NCBI GenBank assembly: GCA_030390025.1
Contig: CM059432.1
Location: forward strand, 124,374,001-124,438,000
From: Squalus acanthias
Lineage: Eukaryota
Reading direction: 5' to 3'
Length of the DNA: 64,000 nucleotides
The position numbers and the translations under genes are program-made. The notes under the pieces were generated by a model, which was not told the origin of the DNA, ran no database searches, and was given only the letters and a program-made list of their open reading frames with translations. Positions 63,626 to 64,000 of the stretch are shown piece by piece (position 1 is the stretch's first letter; each line of letters opens with the position of its first letter).

Positions 63626-64000
63626 TGTCTGCAATGTGTCTGATGGTTTCTCTCATTCAAGTGCTGGCTCTTGTTCCGTCTCTCCCTCCCAGTTTCAACT
63701 GTTGGCTCCTGCTGTTCTTTGGGATGAATAGTTAGGCTGAGCAATGAAATAAAGATGACAGCTGCAAAGAATAACAAACCAAAAGCTGATAGAATCAGGA
63801 GAAACGGAATGCCTGAATGCATTACCACAAGCAAAACTTGTTAAATACGGAAGGAACATTCAGTTAAAAGCTAAGGAAAAATGGTCTGGAACATGTCACA
63901 GTTGCTTTGATGGCAGAAATATCTTCAACAGGCAGAATCCGTGTGTCAGAGAGCATAAAGAAATGATGTGTTGCAGAGGATAAGAACTTGCCTTTTTCTG

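Overview
This is vertebrate genomic DNA, most likely from a cartilaginous fish (inferred from the repeats: tRNA-headed DeuSINEs, many CR1 families, Penelope-like element ends). The only host coding sequence I can support is one 117-bp minus-strand exon (7863-7979) of a CCDC102-family gene, most similar to CCDC102A; the rest appears to be intron packed with nested transposable elements. These include a near-full-length CR1 LINE with a 46-bp 5' monomer array, a young 5'-truncated CR1 with an intact RT frame, three solo LTRs with 4-bp TSDs, a hAT-type MITE, SINEs, and a PIF/Harbinger radiation (degenerate transposase genes, intron-containing Myb/SANT partner genes, several MITE families). Best leads: (i) a Harbinger derivative at 10778-12133 that seems to carry about 830 bp of captured genomic cargo (Pack-type element); (ii) a 930-bp fold-back of two Penelope-like 3' ends, each with a minimal hammerhead ribozyme, one core intact and one mutated; (iii) a repeated subterminal GGCGCTAA motif and conserved splice donors linking the MITEs to the transposase-bearing copies. 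All family calls come from motifs read by eye, without database searches. Most short ORFs in the track are repeat fragments or noise.
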